Shown here piece by piece: positions 19,021 through 29,503 of a DNA stretch of 64,000 nt. The translations under genes and the position numbers were made by a program. The notes under the pieces are model-generated. The model was not told the origin of the DNA, searched no databases, and saw only the letters and a list, made by a program, of their open reading frames with translations. Position 1 is the first letter of the stretch; each line of letters opens with the position of its first letter. This stretch comes from an archaeon (lineage in GTDB: Archaea > Undinarchaeota > Undinarchaeia > Undinarchaeales > JBDRKL01). The stretch spans positions 1 to 64,000 of the forward strand of contig JBDRKL010000007.1 of NCBI GenBank assembly GCA_043814055.1, given 5' to 3'.

Positions 19021-20337
19021 TTAGGCGAATTTGAAGATGCACCCTGAACTATCATCGTATCTTGAATAAATTTTGCCTTCCGGCGGGTTTGCCTTGCAGA
19101 CAGCAATTTTATCCTTTAGTGATTCCCCACTGTCCTCACATATGCAGCTGCCGCTTAAGAGGTGTGTTGCTATTTGGTTTTCAGCTTTGCACCTTTCATC
19201 ACAGCGGTTTATGGAAGCATCGTCTGTTGAATCAAATGACTTTATCAGGCAAGTCTTATCCGCCTTCCTTTCGCCGTCCCGGTGCTTCGGCTGGCCATAT
19301 GAATTGAGTTGTGTCCAGGCGATGTCCCTGCAGGATTCGTGAATATCTTCATCAGCTCCTCCCTCTTCTTCATAATCGTCAGACGGGTCAACAGCTCCGA
19401 AGAGTATCCTGCAGCGCTCTATCTGCTCCGCAGTTCCTGTAACGCCCATCTTTGCACTGGTTGAGTCATATTCCTTGTAGTGATAAGCAACGTCAGCGTT
19501 TATGGTGCAGAAGTCCTTTATCATTGAGGGAACATTGCCAGTGTATTTTAGGCTTGCAATTTTGAGCGCGGACTTTGAGCCTGCGCTCAGGGATATGTTG
19601 CCGAGTTGTTCCTCAGTTATTTTATTGCCGATTTCTTCCATGGTATCGCTGTCAACAAAAATGCACGGACCCTGGACTAACAGGTCAATGCTCTCTATTT
19701 TGCCCATTCCTTCCTCGCCAACCTGGCCGTCGCCAAGGTTTTCAAACATTACGCGAATGTCAAATGTGCGGCCGATTTTGGTGCCAGCTATCACAACCGG
19801 CTCGGTCTGGAGTGCCTCTATGCGCACTTGCACCGGGCCTGCGCTCGGGTGGTTCTCGCCCTCTTCCTTGAAGAGGCCTTGATTTCGCATAACCTCGTCC
19901 TCTGAGACTAGCAGAAGTTTTGCCCAGCCCTCAGAAGTGTAATCATAATCAACAACAACTGCGAGAGTGCTGCTGGTCGGGTCGCAGTTTGCTCGCAGGT
20001 CCCAGACCAGGCTTGCAGTATCGCCTGCTGTGCATATTGTAAGGTCTGGAGGCGTCATTTTTGATACTGATTGGGTTTCCTCCCCAACTTTGAAGCCTCC
20101 GTGTGCCCAGAGGCGCGCCTTTATGTTTGTTGCCTCTGCATTGCCCCTGTTCTGCAAGTCCACCCTGAGCTGTATCTCGTTTCCAACAGGTATGAGGTCG
20201 TAGCTAGGTGTTACGCTAAGTATGGATATGCCTTCCTTTTGGGACACCTCAAGAGGGCACTGCTCAGCGCCACTGATGCAACCTGACATAAACAGGACTA
20301 GAATAAGTATTACCGAGAGTTTGTATGTTGGCTTCAT
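19021..20337 (-). CDS. Lipoprotein-like surface protein, paralog 5, with C-terminal Cys-rich module
   Basis: FMSGCISG lipobox-like; shared Ig-like core (LQNRG..A, YDY.S, SAGPV, F.N.G.G, YHY); RCDERC...SGSCIC. Confidence 0.8.
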   Translation of the reverse strand: MKPTYKLSVILILVLFMSGCISGAEQCPLEVSQKEGISILSVTPSYDLIPVGNEIQLRVDLQNRGNAEATNIKARLWAHGGFKVGEETQSVSKMTPPDLTICTAGDTASLVWDLRANCDPTSSTLAVVVDYDYTSEGWAKLLLVSEDEVMRNQGLFKEEGENHPSAGPVQVRIEALQTEPVVIAGTKIGRTFDIRVMFENLGDGQVGEEGMGKIESIDLLVQGPCIFVDSDTMEEIGNKITEEQLGNISLSAGSKSALKIASLKYTGNVPSMIKDFCTINADVAYHYKEYDSTSAKMGVTGTAEQIERCRILFGAVDPSDDYEEEGGADEDIHESCRDIAWTQLNSYGQPKHRDGERKADKTCLIKSFDSTDDASINRCDERCKAENQIATHLLSGSCICEDSGESLKDKIAVCKANPPEGKIYSRYDDSSGCIFKFA

Positions 20338-20338
20338 C

Positions 20339-21328
20339 TTAACTTACTATAGTTATCTGAGTGCTGGCGTCTGCCGCATATCGGTAGGTTACGGTTGCAT
20401 CAAAGGTTGTTATGTCCTGAATTAGGTTTTGCACGTAAAGAGATTCTGTATTGGTCTTGAATTGTATTTCGTACTCTTCCCACTGCTGCTGGAGGCCGGT
20501 CAGGGTTCTGAGATCTTCGTTGTTGAACTCGTCATCGTCAACATAGAAGCATTTCTTGTTGCCCTTGTCCCGCACTTCAAAGGACTTAAAGTCCTTTGGG
20601 TCTGCAACTGAGAGGAATTCCGGGTCGTAGCAGAAATCAATTGACTTGAGGACTTTCTGCGGAACGAGGTTGCCGCCTCCTGTGTTTGCAATGCTCAGCG
20701 CGATTGTGAACTCCTGTTCGTTTGATGAGTCAGAAATTACTATTGGCGCGTTCGGAGCTTTTATTGACAGGGTTATTGGGCCTGGGCTGGTGTATGCTGT
20801 GAGCGCGCCCATATCCAGGACGCCGTTCTTCTCGCGCCAGTTGTCAAAGGATGTGAGAACTATGTCACGGGTTGCGACTGCTTCATAACCATATTCAAGC
20901 CGGGTATAAATTGTGTGAACTGAGCGGCCGGCTGGGAAGTTCAGGTTAGTTGTGTGGAATGCAAGCTCTGCCTCGGCCATCTCGCCAGCAATGCCAAGTT
21001 CGCGGTCTGGCGGGTCCAGTGCTAAGTCAAACTCCATTATGTCGTTGCACGCCTTCTCTTCATTTATGTTCTTGTATGTGAAATTGCGGAGCGCGCCACA
21101 GCTGTACATCTGGAAATTAACATCCTTCGCCGTGAAGTATCCGTTGTTCTGAATCTGCATGTACAGGTTTATGTCATTGCCCTCGTATACTTCAGGGGCA
21201 ACCGGATAGAATTGGGTAAATCCCACCCCTGAGCCAGCAACAATTGGTATAGCTTCTCCGGCGGATATGCAGCCGGAAGTGAGTAGTACAAGTAGCATTG
21301 CGAATACAGGGAGGATTGCGCTTTTCAT
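20339..21328 (-). CDS. Lipoprotein-like surface protein, paralog 4
   Basis: LTSGCISAG; IQNNG..A, YGY.A, SPGPI, IANTGGG, YRY. Confidence 0.8.
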   Translation of the reverse strand: MKSAILPVFAMLLVLLTSGCISAGEAIPIVAGSGVGFTQFYPVAPEVYEGNDINLYMQIQNNGYFTAKDVNFQMYSCGALRNFTYKNINEEKACNDIMEFDLALDPPDRELGIAGEMAEAELAFHTTNLNFPAGRSVHTIYTRLEYGYEAVATRDIVLTSFDNWREKNGVLDMGALTAYTSPGPITLSIKAPNAPIVISDSSNEQEFTIALSIANTGGGNLVPQKVLKSIDFCYDPEFLSVADPKDFKSFEVRDKGNKKCFYVDDDEFNNEDLRTLTGLQQQWEEYEIQFKTNTESLYVQNLIQDITTFDATVTYRYAADASTQITIVS

Positions 21329-21363
21329 GATTGTGATATTTCACTTGAATGTTTATATAAGTA

Positions 21364-22902
21364 TCACTCGCTGCACGTGCAATATATATCCACGTCGCCG
21401 CTGTCACCAAATATGTACTTGCCCTTGGACTCGCAGAAGCTCTTGCAGCACTCTCCGTTGTCTATGGTGTTTGAGGCACAAACACCTTCATCCATATTGT
21501 CGCGGCAGAACTTGAACTGCTGGGCCTGCTGATCGTAGGTATCATCCTCAGCATCCTCAAGCTGGCACCCCTCGTTTCCGCCGTTCTTGATTAATGCGCT
21601 GTTGCCAGCATCATTCTCACAGCAGACGTAGGTTGGGCCAGCATATCGGGTTCCAACTTTTTCCCAGTAAACATTAGCCTCATCACTTGACACGTTAAGA
21701 ACTTCAAGCTGGATTAGGGCGCCCTTGTCCGTTATAATGCAATAAATATCGTTTTCTCTCGCAGTATAGAATTTTAGCATATTATATTCAGATACTGCGT
21801 TGCAATTGTCACTGGCACTTATGCCTGCTTCATTTTCGGACGAGATTGTGAATGTGCTGTACCCAAATTCGCGGGCAGAAACATCGCCGCCATCCACATT
21901 GTACCACGCGCCAAGCACGCCTTTGTCAAAGTCATACTCTTCCTTGCCATTCTTGAACGTGATTGTGCTCTTTTTCCTTTCGCGCTCATCCTCGTAATCC
22001 GCGTAATCGCCCTCGCTCTGGAGCGGGTCATTCTCAACTAGTATTGCAAGCGGGGCTGTGTCAATGTAGTACCTATATTTTATGGTGACTTCAATTATGT
22101 AGGACTGGGACTGGCCCGTGAATGTCAATGGAATGTCGCACTTGACCGCGCGCTCGCCTGCATTGCCAAAGAGGGTTATGGACTCCTTGTCAGAGTTGAG
22201 CCCGCTGCAGTTTGCAAGCGTGTCCTTTTCTAATTTGTCTCCGTTCACGCTCATTGAGAAGCCGGTTATTTGATCGTCCACAACCACTCCGGTTCCTGTG
22301 TTCCTGATTGACATGTCAATCGGGACATTTACATTGCCGCTGCGCACCTTTAGTGCGGGGAGTGAAACGATTGAAACAGTAATTGGAGCCTGAGAAGAGG
22401 TTGAGTAGGTTGCAAAGGAGCTCTCGCCTTTTTCGTCCATGTCCTCCTTGCTAACCAGGTAAACATTAGTGGTTGCCGTGCTGTTGTAAGTATAGGTTAC
22501 GCGGGCTTTGAGGGATTTTATTTCATCCTGAGCCACGCCTGGAGCGGTTGCAACCCAGAACGGCGAGAAAATTTCACCCTCCATTCCAAGCGCTTCATCC
22601 GGCGCAAACAGTCTGCTGTACTTCTTGATGTTCTCAACAACTGAGAAGCCCTCTTTTTGGAATAGTTGCGCCTCTATGCTCCTCGCGTCTGCGTCTCCGA
22701 TGTTCTGCACGTACAAATCTATGTCAACTGTGTCCAACTCGTCAACAGACGCTCTTGAGGAAAAACCAGTTATTATCAAGCCGTATGTGCGCCCCATTTC
22801 AGGGTTTGGCTCTAGATTACCAGTGTCTCCTGAGGAGATGCAACCTGAAAATAAGTTGACTAGAATAAGCAATAGAATTGTTGTTTTTAGTCCTAGTCTC
22901 AT
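21364..22902 (-). CDS. Lipoprotein-like surface protein, paralog 3, with C-terminal Cys-rich module
   Basis: LFSGCISSG; same core; ends TYVCC...ECCKSFCESKG...YCTCSE. Confidence 0.8.
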   Translation of the reverse strand: MRLGLKTTILLLILVNLFSGCISSGDTGNLEPNPEMGRTYGLIITGFSSRASVDELDTVDIDLYVQNIGDADARSIEAQLFQKEGFSVVENIKKYSRLFAPDEALGMEGEIFSPFWVATAPGVAQDEIKSLKARVTYTYNSTATTNVYLVSKEDMDEKGESSFATYSTSSQAPITVSIVSLPALKVRSGNVNVPIDMSIRNTGTGVVVDDQITGFSMSVNGDKLEKDTLANCSGLNSDKESITLFGNAGERAVKCDIPLTFTGQSQSYIIEVTIKYRYYIDTAPLAILVENDPLQSEGDYADYEDERERKKSTITFKNGKEEYDFDKGVLGAWYNVDGGDVSAREFGYSTFTISSENEAGISASDNCNAVSEYNMLKFYTARENDIYCIITDKGALIQLEVLNVSSDEANVYWEKVGTRYAGPTYVCCENDAGNSALIKNGGNEGCQLEDAEDDTYDQQAQQFKFCRDNMDEGVCASNTIDNGECCKSFCESKGKYIFGDSGDVDIYCTCSE

Positions 22903-22904
22903 TT

Positions 22905-23861
22905 TTAATCAATTGGGCTTATGGTTATTGGAAGCACTTTGCTGTCAACGCGGTATGTGTACTTCGCTGTAACCTTTAGCTGGCAGGATGTTGCAGCGTT
23001 AATGTCCTGTATTGCGAAGGTTATTGGGACAGACCATCTGCCTTCCTGGCCCTGTATAAGCCTAATGCCCTGTTCCTCCTTTGTGAAAGATGCTGCAGTA
23101 ACTATGCTGGCGTCCTTGACGAACGCGCACCCGCCGCCATACGCTTCCAGCGTGACAGAATCAAGGCAGTCTGTGTACGGCTTTGTGCTTATCTTGCAAT
23201 AGTCAACCCCGATTGTTGTGTCCTTGGTTTCAGCCCTGCCGGAGCCCACATTGTCAAGAAGAACATTTACGCGGACCTGGTATTCCCGGTAATTTGCGTC
23301 AATAGCGGACTTCGCGTCGCCATCCCTGAGCGTCACTGGCTGGCTGGCAACTATGTCAATTTCAATCGGGCCGTAGCTTGATATTGAGTCAAGCGGGAAT
23401 GCCTCCAAGCCCTGCTCCCTCAGCATTTCGCGCGGAACAAAATTAATCGTTGCGTAGGCCTCTGTCTGGTAGTCATAAATCAGCCTTCCCTGGACTTCTT
23501 CTGTCCTGATTTGGGTTATCACCGGGGCTTCCATGTCCCAGAAGAACTCATCGCCTGAGTAGGTTGTTTCCAGCGGTCTTTCAAGGGTTATTGGACCGGT
23601 GTAAGTTGGTTCTATATTCTTGAATGCGCCCTTGCGAATAAGTTCGCCCTTTACTTCAGTTGCCTTATAGTCGCCGACATTCTCAAATGACATCATAATC
23701 GTGATTGGCTCACCGGCGTCTATGTTTGAGAAGTCAGACCTTAGCTCAGTTATCACAACGCCAGGGCCTGCACCCTCTGCATAAGAGTCATCACTGCCTT
23801 CAATGCATCCGGAGAGCACCAGCACTGAAAAAAGTGCCAGTGCGATTATGTGTTTATTCAT
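22905..23861 (-). CDS. Lipoprotein-like surface protein, paralog 2
   Basis: VLSGCIEG; FENVG..A, YDY.T, SSYGPI, LDNVGSG, YTY. Confidence 0.8.
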   Translation of the reverse strand: MNKHIIALALFSVLVLSGCIEGSDDSYAEGAGPGVVITELRSDFSNIDAGEPITIMMSFENVGDYKATEVKGELIRKGAFKNIEPTYTGPITLERPLETTYSGDEFFWDMEAPVITQIRTEEVQGRLIYDYQTEAYATINFVPREMLREQGLEAFPLDSISSYGPIEIDIVASQPVTLRDGDAKSAIDANYREYQVRVNVLLDNVGSGRAETKDTTIGVDYCKISTKPYTDCLDSVTLEAYGGGCAFVKDASIVTAASFTKEEQGIRLIQGQEGRWSVPITFAIQDINAATSCQLKVTAKYTYRVDSKVLPITISPID

Positions 23862-23866
23862 TTTAT

Positions 23867-25222
23867 TTATTGGTATTCAACTGCGCTTGATTCCACGTCA
23901 ACCGCGGTCTCAGCAGAGTACGTAACCTCAAGTTCAAGGTCATACAAGCCGTCAACCAGGTCTGGAGCAGTAACGACTGCGAGGTACATTTCCTCATCCT
24001 CGTCCCATTCAACCTTGACAACCTTCTTGACTGGCTCGCCGCCTATCTCAACCTTAACGTTTTCAATCTTGAGGTCTGCCTCTTCTACAGCATCGGCCTG
24101 GTAGCTAAGGGTGAACCAAACATCGTGGTTCTTGTTGTATTCCCAGGTGTCAACATTGCTGCGGGTTGGCTCCTGTATGCTTACCTTGACTGGCGCTGCG
24201 TCAGTGCCTATCACGGTTATGTCCTTGGAAACAGACTGCAGGTATGTGTACTCGGCTGTAATTGGGATTCTGTATGTGTTGAACCCGCCGACCTTATCTG
24301 AGTAAGCTGTTAGTTTGCAGTTCAGGTCGCGCTGGAAGCCGCCCTGGGTCATCCTGAGCTTGTCCTCGTTCTTGCTGCCCTCTTCTATCACAAGGGTCTT
24401 CTCGGAGTCTATTCGGCTGCCGCCGCTTGGGGACTCAAGCTCAAAGTCGCAGTTTGCCTCGTCAACATCAAGCCCAGCCGGAACTTTCATCACGATTTTT
24501 GTTAGGTAATCAGCCTTCTTGTTCTTGTCAGACGCGTACCTGTTGTAAACAGTTCCTGAGCCGTCATTGAAAAGTGAAATCTTTAGGCGGAAGTCCTGCT
24601 TTGCAGATGTCAAGCGAACGTAGTCAGTGTCGCTTTCAACTTCTATGCCTATTGGGCCGTTGAGCGCGTCTGTGCCAGACTCTATAGGGATACTCTCCCC
24701 TCTCTGCTCCAGTTTTTCAACTTCCTCAGCAGTCGCGATTGCGACTGTTCTGGTAGCTAGAGACTTGTAATCATACATGATTTCACCAACAAGGTAAATA
24801 TCAACATCAGGCGCCTCGTTTGAAAGGTAAGGAGCCCTCACGTCCCAGTCAACATCGCCTGTTCCGCCAGGCACGTCGTTCGTGCTGTCCGGCCTGTCAA
24901 GCGTGTTTGGAGTAAGCGGCTTGAAGTCTGAAAGCCGTGCGCTGCTGTCTGTTGAATATATTATTCCATCGTAGCCCTGCAGGTGCGCTTCAACGTTTTC
25001 AGCGTTAAACTCGCCGATGTTTTCCGCGTCAATGGTTATTATGAATGAATCCAGAGAGTCAAAAATGTCGCGACCCTCAGTGTCAATATATATGTCAAGT
25101 GCGTCGTCGCCAGTTCCTCCTGACGAGAGGCTCCCATCACCACCGCTGATGCAGCCAGAGACCGCAACCACAGCGATTAATAGTGCTATAAGAAGTGCGT
25201 TTCCATATTTTGTTTTATTCAT
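23867..25222 (-). CDS. Lipoprotein-like surface protein, paralog 1, with an extra C-terminal beta domain
   Basis: AVSGCISGG; AENIG..A, YDY.S, NGPI, LFNDGSG, YTY. Confidence 0.8.
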   Translation of the reverse strand: MNKTKYGNALLIALLIAVVAVSGCISGGDGSLSSGGTGDDALDIYIDTEGRDIFDSLDSFIITIDAENIGEFNAENVEAHLQGYDGIIYSTDSSARLSDFKPLTPNTLDRPDSTNDVPGGTGDVDWDVRAPYLSNEAPDVDIYLVGEIMYDYKSLATRTVAIATAEEVEKLEQRGESIPIESGTDALNGPIGIEVESDTDYVRLTSAKQDFRLKISLFNDGSGTVYNRYASDKNKKADYLTKIVMKVPAGLDVDEANCDFELESPSGGSRIDSEKTLVIEEGSKNEDKLRMTQGGFQRDLNCKLTAYSDKVGGFNTYRIPITAEYTYLQSVSKDITVIGTDAAPVKVSIQEPTRSNVDTWEYNKNHDVWFTLSYQADAVEEADLKIENVKVEIGGEPVKKVVKVEWDEDEEMYLAVVTAPDLVDGLYDLELEVTYSAETAVDVESSAVEYQ

Positions 25223-25275
25223 TTTTAATCCTCCGAGATTAGGTTATTATTAGGTAGGGGTTGTTGTTTATATAT

Positions 25276-28200
25276 TTATTCTGAGCAGGTGCATATGTAG
25301 CCATCCGTGGCAACATAGGATTGGGTCTTTGAGCCGCACCAGGCCTCGCAGCACTCCTCGCTTGTTGAAAATTCACCACATATCCCGCCGGTGTTTCCGT
25401 AGCACGGCGCAAAGCTGTTTGACTCTGCAGGAGTCTTGTAGGTTCCGGATATGCTGCAAATGTTGTTGCTTTGCTTGGTGCTTTTTATGATTGAATAGTA
25501 CTTGTATTCCTTTGAATCCATGGCATAGCAGCAGCCGTAGTAAGTTTGGTCACCACCAGAATCTGAGCCATCTTCAGTTTCCATATCCTTTGCAGGCACA
25601 ACTCTACGGGTTAGTTCATAACTGAGGTCATCAAGGTAATTGCACGCTGAATACACGTTGCCGAAGCCGCAACCCCTGACCTCCACAATTTTTCCCTTAA
25701 CCCAGTCAACTTCTATAGCAGGTATGAATTCTTTTGAAACGCATTTGGATGAGCCGGATGAGCCCCATTCGCTGCCGATTTCAATTTCATCCCCATCCCC
25801 TGTTTTTATTGTGAACTTCATTTTTGCCTCATCACAGCAGCCGGATTCACCGCCACGCGCTCCGCATACTTTCACTTTTTCTATGTAGTCTATGGTATTG
25901 CCGTCGCCGCCGTAGTTAATCTCTCGTTCAGATGGGCAGTAGGTGGTTCCGTGACAGTCATCTCTGTTTCTGCTGGCGGTTTTAACGGATACCTTTTCTG
26001 GAATTGAATTGGTTGAATCTGGATTTGAGTCCCAGTCAGCCTCAAGCCCGTCGCTGTAGCCGTCGCCATCCGAATCAATTAAATAAGATTCCCCTGGGCT
26101 TGAACCTCCGTCTGAACCTGAACCAGAGTCATCGCCTGAACCCCCTTCACCAGACTCAACAACCTCAAGGTCTGTGCCGATTAACTGGATGTTCACCGAG
26201 CGCTTTTCAACATAGCCGTACTCGCTCAGGCGTACCTTGAATGTGTACGCTTCAAGGCTGCTTGGAGGGGGGTAGAGCACGCAGGCGAGCACAGGAGTTT
26301 CAAATGGATTGAGAGATTTCTCTAGTGACGGGACATCCTCCTTTGGCATAAGAACTGTGTAATTTGTAAAGCCAGGACCGGGGTGGAACCCTGAAGCTGC
26401 TGTTGGATAGGAAGTATCACTGGCGGAGTCCCCGCTTACCTTGCCCTCTATCTTAAAGTCGCATGTTTTTGAATCCATTATTGTGAATCCAGGAGGCATG
26501 TAGAGCCGGAGGTTCTCCTTTTTAATTCCAATTTTATATGGGTCGCCGTATTTTATCACTCCATCCGTGTCTAAATACCACTCGCGCGATCGTCCTGTAT
26601 CGTCAACATCCCTGACTTCCCCCTTGCCCTTGTTCGCAAACTGTACCATGAAAAGCGTTGGTATCCCATCTATCACTTCATCTTCCGCAGTGCCCATCGC
26701 GAGCATAAGCGGACCGACTGGAGAGTAGCTCTCTGAAATCTTGTTTGAAATTCTTTCTATTTTGCTTATCTCCTCTGAGGCCACTTGGGTCTCAAGGCTT
26801 GAGACAACCATCTGGCCTATCAGGTCTGTCGCTGGCTGGTACTTGTAAGGGATAACTAGCTCAATCTCTGGCTGCTGGATGTCGCCGTAATCAAGCATAT
26901 TACTTTCCCCCTTTACCTCTAGGCCATACCATACAACTCTGAGTGTGTCTTGTGGTTTAAGCGTGCATTTGCCAGTTTCATTCCATTCTGCCCTGCAACC
27001 GCCTGCCAAGTATGGGTCTATTTTTGTTTGTCTAAGAAGGTCGTCCAACGTGCAGATTGAAAGTGCATCTAGATTACCACTGCCAGCATCCTCTACAAAA
27101 TTCATTAAACTGCCCAGGCTTATGTCAAGCACACATTCCTCAGATTCCTTCAGTTCAGGATAGCTTGGCGGGATGAACTCTGCCTCAACGGTTCCAAGGT
27201 TTGTGTACTCAACAACAATGCTGAACGTCTGATAATCGTAAACTATTGCAGGGATGAGTGCCATCTTGGTTATTTCAAGGCCGTGCCATCCTGTGTCCTC
27301 GCCCGTGGGCGACGTGCAGAATGGATAGCAAGAACGGAACTTCATTGGGTTTTGAACAGGAACCCCCATTATGTCTTGCGGTATTACCATAGCTATGAAG
27401 TTCCAGAACGCGGCTGTTATTATATCAAGGAACTCGTTCAGCCAGCCAAGCAGGTTCTGCTCTATTGTGATTTTTAGTCCGCTTTGTATGGCTGAATTCT
27501 GCCAGAAGAACACTAGCGCGCCAATGAGAATTATCAGCAATATCACCGAGAATATCATTTTGCCTTTTGAGCCCATCTTGTAACCGCTGATGAACAAGTA
27601 TGAACACGGACCTGCGAATAGGAGCGTAAAGAATATTGATACTGTCCTGCTCTTTGTAAAATAAACAAGCGCGAGGAACGTGAAGAACAAGAACATCATA
27701 ACTGGCATCCATTTTTTCATCCCAGAGACTGCCTTGCCGGTTGCAATTTTGCTAGTTGCCTTTACGTGGTTCGCCCAGTCTTTACTAGCCTTGTCTTTTT
27801 TGCTCTCTGCGTCTGCAACCTTCCTGTCCCAGTCGGTTGCCGCACTAAGGTCTGTTTCAGGGTCAGGGCGACCACTTGTGAGCAGTGCGTTCAACTTTGC
27901 GGTTGCTTCATCCATCCCCTCTTTTGCAATTTGGAGGTCAGCGGTTTCGTTTGCTGCTTCAGTTACATTGGCAGCTCCTGCTGCGCCCATGGCAGCGGCT
28001 CCGGCGGCTGGGACATTCCTGCTCCCCGCCACTTGAGTCATTATCTGCCCAAGCTGGCCGAACTCGCCTTCTCCCATACCAAGTTCACCCATTTCAGCGA
28101 ATTCAGCTCCACCTGCCATAACTCCTTCCGCGCCTGCGGCAAGTCCACCGCCAGCAGCACCTATTGCAGGACCCCAGACTGGAGCAGTTAGAGCGAGGAT

Positions 28201-28623
28201 TATTGCTATGATGATTATGAGAACAATAATTAAAATCTGGAGCCATGTTGGCAGGCTCACGAATACAATAATCACTGCGAACATATATGCAACGCCGATG
28301 ACATACATGTTTGTTAGAGCCTTCTTTATCGTGGGGTCCTTTAATTTCGGGATAATGGTAGCAAGCGGGCCTATGAAAAGTGATAAAATGGATTCTACAA
28401 TGCCCCGGAGAAGTAACAGGGAAAATATTACAAGCCCGATGATTACACCCTGGAGTATGACATCACCCATGACGCCTATTACAAGAGAAATTGCCCCAAA
28501 TACTATTATGATAATCTTCGTGTAGTCCTTGCCCTTTCCAAATATTGAGAGGGCTATGCCAGCAAGATAAATGATAAATAAAACCGTGAACATCATCATG
28601 CCGAAGTTTGCGCTAATGGCCAT
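25276..28623 (-). CDS. Large polytopic membrane protein with extracellular lipoprotein-family core, Ca-binding repeat, GGE-C module and Cys-rich module
   Basis: Many N-terminal TM helices, Gly/Ala-rich segment, core motifs YTNLG..A / SPVGPL / FANKGKG, DSDGDGYSDGLE, CGARGGESGCC...CNYLD, ECCEAWC...ICTCSE. Confidence 0.85.
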   Translation of the reverse strand: MAISANFGMMMFTVLFIIYLAGIALSIFGKGKDYTKIIIIVFGAISLVIGVMGDVILQGVIIGLVIFSLLLLRGIVESILSLFIGPLATIIPKLKDPTIKKALTNMYVIGVAYMFAVIIVFVSLPTWLQILIIVLIIIIAIILALTAPVWGPAIGAAGGGLAAGAEGVMAGGAEFAEMGELGMGEGEFGQLGQIMTQVAGSRNVPAAGAAAMGAAGAANVTEAANETADLQIAKEGMDEATAKLNALLTSGRPDPETDLSAATDWDRKVADAESKKDKASKDWANHVKATSKIATGKAVSGMKKWMPVMMFLFFTFLALVYFTKSRTVSIFFTLLFAGPCSYLFISGYKMGSKGKMIFSVILLIILIGALVFFWQNSAIQSGLKITIEQNLLGWLNEFLDIITAAFWNFIAMVIPQDIMGVPVQNPMKFRSCYPFCTSPTGEDTGWHGLEITKMALIPAIVYDYQTFSIVVEYTNLGTVEAEFIPPSYPELKESEECVLDISLGSLMNFVEDAGSGNLDALSICTLDDLLRQTKIDPYLAGGCRAEWNETGKCTLKPQDTLRVVWYGLEVKGESNMLDYGDIQQPEIELVIPYKYQPATDLIGQMVVSSLETQVASEEISKIERISNKISESYSPVGPLMLAMGTAEDEVIDGIPTLFMVQFANKGKGEVRDVDDTGRSREWYLDTDGVIKYGDPYKIGIKKENLRLYMPPGFTIMDSKTCDFKIEGKVSGDSASDTSYPTAASGFHPGPGFTNYTVLMPKEDVPSLEKSLNPFETPVLACVLYPPPSSLEAYTFKVRLSEYGYVEKRSVNIQLIGTDLEVVESGEGGSGDDSGSGSDGGSSPGESYLIDSDGDGYSDGLEADWDSNPDSTNSIPEKVSVKTASRNRDDCHGTTYCPSEREINYGGDGNTIDYIEKVKVCGARGGESGCCDEAKMKFTIKTGDGDEIEIGSEWGSSGSSKCVSKEFIPAIEVDWVKGKIVEVRGCGFGNVYSACNYLDDLSYELTRRVVPAKDMETEDGSDSGGDQTYYGCCYAMDSKEYKYYSIIKSTKQSNNICSISGTYKTPAESNSFAPCYGNTGGICGEFSTSEECCEAWCGSKTQSYVATDGYICTCSE

Positions 28624-29468
28624 TACGATTTCACCTCACGCACTATCTTGTTTATCTTCTTGAGATGGTCATTGTAAAGCTCGTTGTAGAATTCCCTCTT
28701 GTTCTCTGCGTGGTGCAGGTTTACCCTGAAATGAATTTCATGTTGGCTCCATCCCTTGCTGTGGCACCAGTGGACAAGATTGAAGTACGCTTTTATTCGG
28801 GCGTTGTAGATTTTCTGAATGTCCTTATTCAGGTACTCCATGAATTCTGAAAGATTTTCACGCATGTTGCGGATTGCGGTTATGAGCTCGCTTCTGAGAA
28901 CTTCGTCGGTCTGCTGTCTTTCAAATTTAACCATTTCACTAAATGCATCTTCTATGCGCTCCATCGCTAGCGAGAACTTGTGCGGGAGATTGATTTCAAC
29001 TTCCTTGGCGATTGAGTTCTTGAGCCACGTTCCGAGCTGGTTCACGTCCTCCTTCTTGAGGTTGAATGAAAGTGATAATGTTTTTCTTGCGTCGTGAGAA
29101 AGTTCGCGCACACTGTAGAGAAGCTGTTCGTCAAGTTCTATGAGATCTTCCTCAATTTGGGCTATAGCTTCAATAATTTCAATAAGACGCTGGTGATCTT
29201 CCACCCCATCAAGAAGTTCTATGTGCTTAAGCTCTGCCTTGTTGATTTCAAGGTCGCGCACGTGCTTTTTTATTGCCTTTCCAACATTCGGGTGGGCGCT
29301 GTGGGCGTGAGTAACAAGGGTTTTGCGATGCTGGTGGATATTTTTTCTGCCTCGTGAAGTTCCAGAATATGCAGGAAGGTTTTTAGAATGCCCTCTTTCT
29401 TTTTTCTTAGCATCTATCCAATGACGTGCCCGTTTTTGTGCGTTTGTGACTAAACCCATATTTAACAA
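28623..29468 (-). CDS. Hypothetical helical, His-rich protein; first gene of the minus-strand operon
   Basis: Long ORF whose stop overlaps the start of the 1115-aa gene; no family recognised. Confidence 0.65.
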   Translation of the reverse strand: MLNMGLVTNAQKRARHWIDAKKKERGHSKNLPAYSGTSRGRKNIHQHRKTLVTHAHSAHPNVGKAIKKHVRDLEINKAELKHIELLDGVEDHQRLIEIIEAIAQIEEDLIELDEQLLYSVRELSHDARKTLSLSFNLKKEDVNQLGTWLKNSIAKEVEINLPHKFSLAMERIEDAFSEMVKFERQQTDEVLRSELITAIRNMRENLSEFMEYLNKDIQKIYNARIKAYFNLVHWCHSKGWSQHEIHFRVNLHHAENKREFYNELYNDHLKKINKIVREVKS

Positions 29469-29503
29469 TACTTATTAAAACGCTTCTAATATAAATATAT
29501 TAT

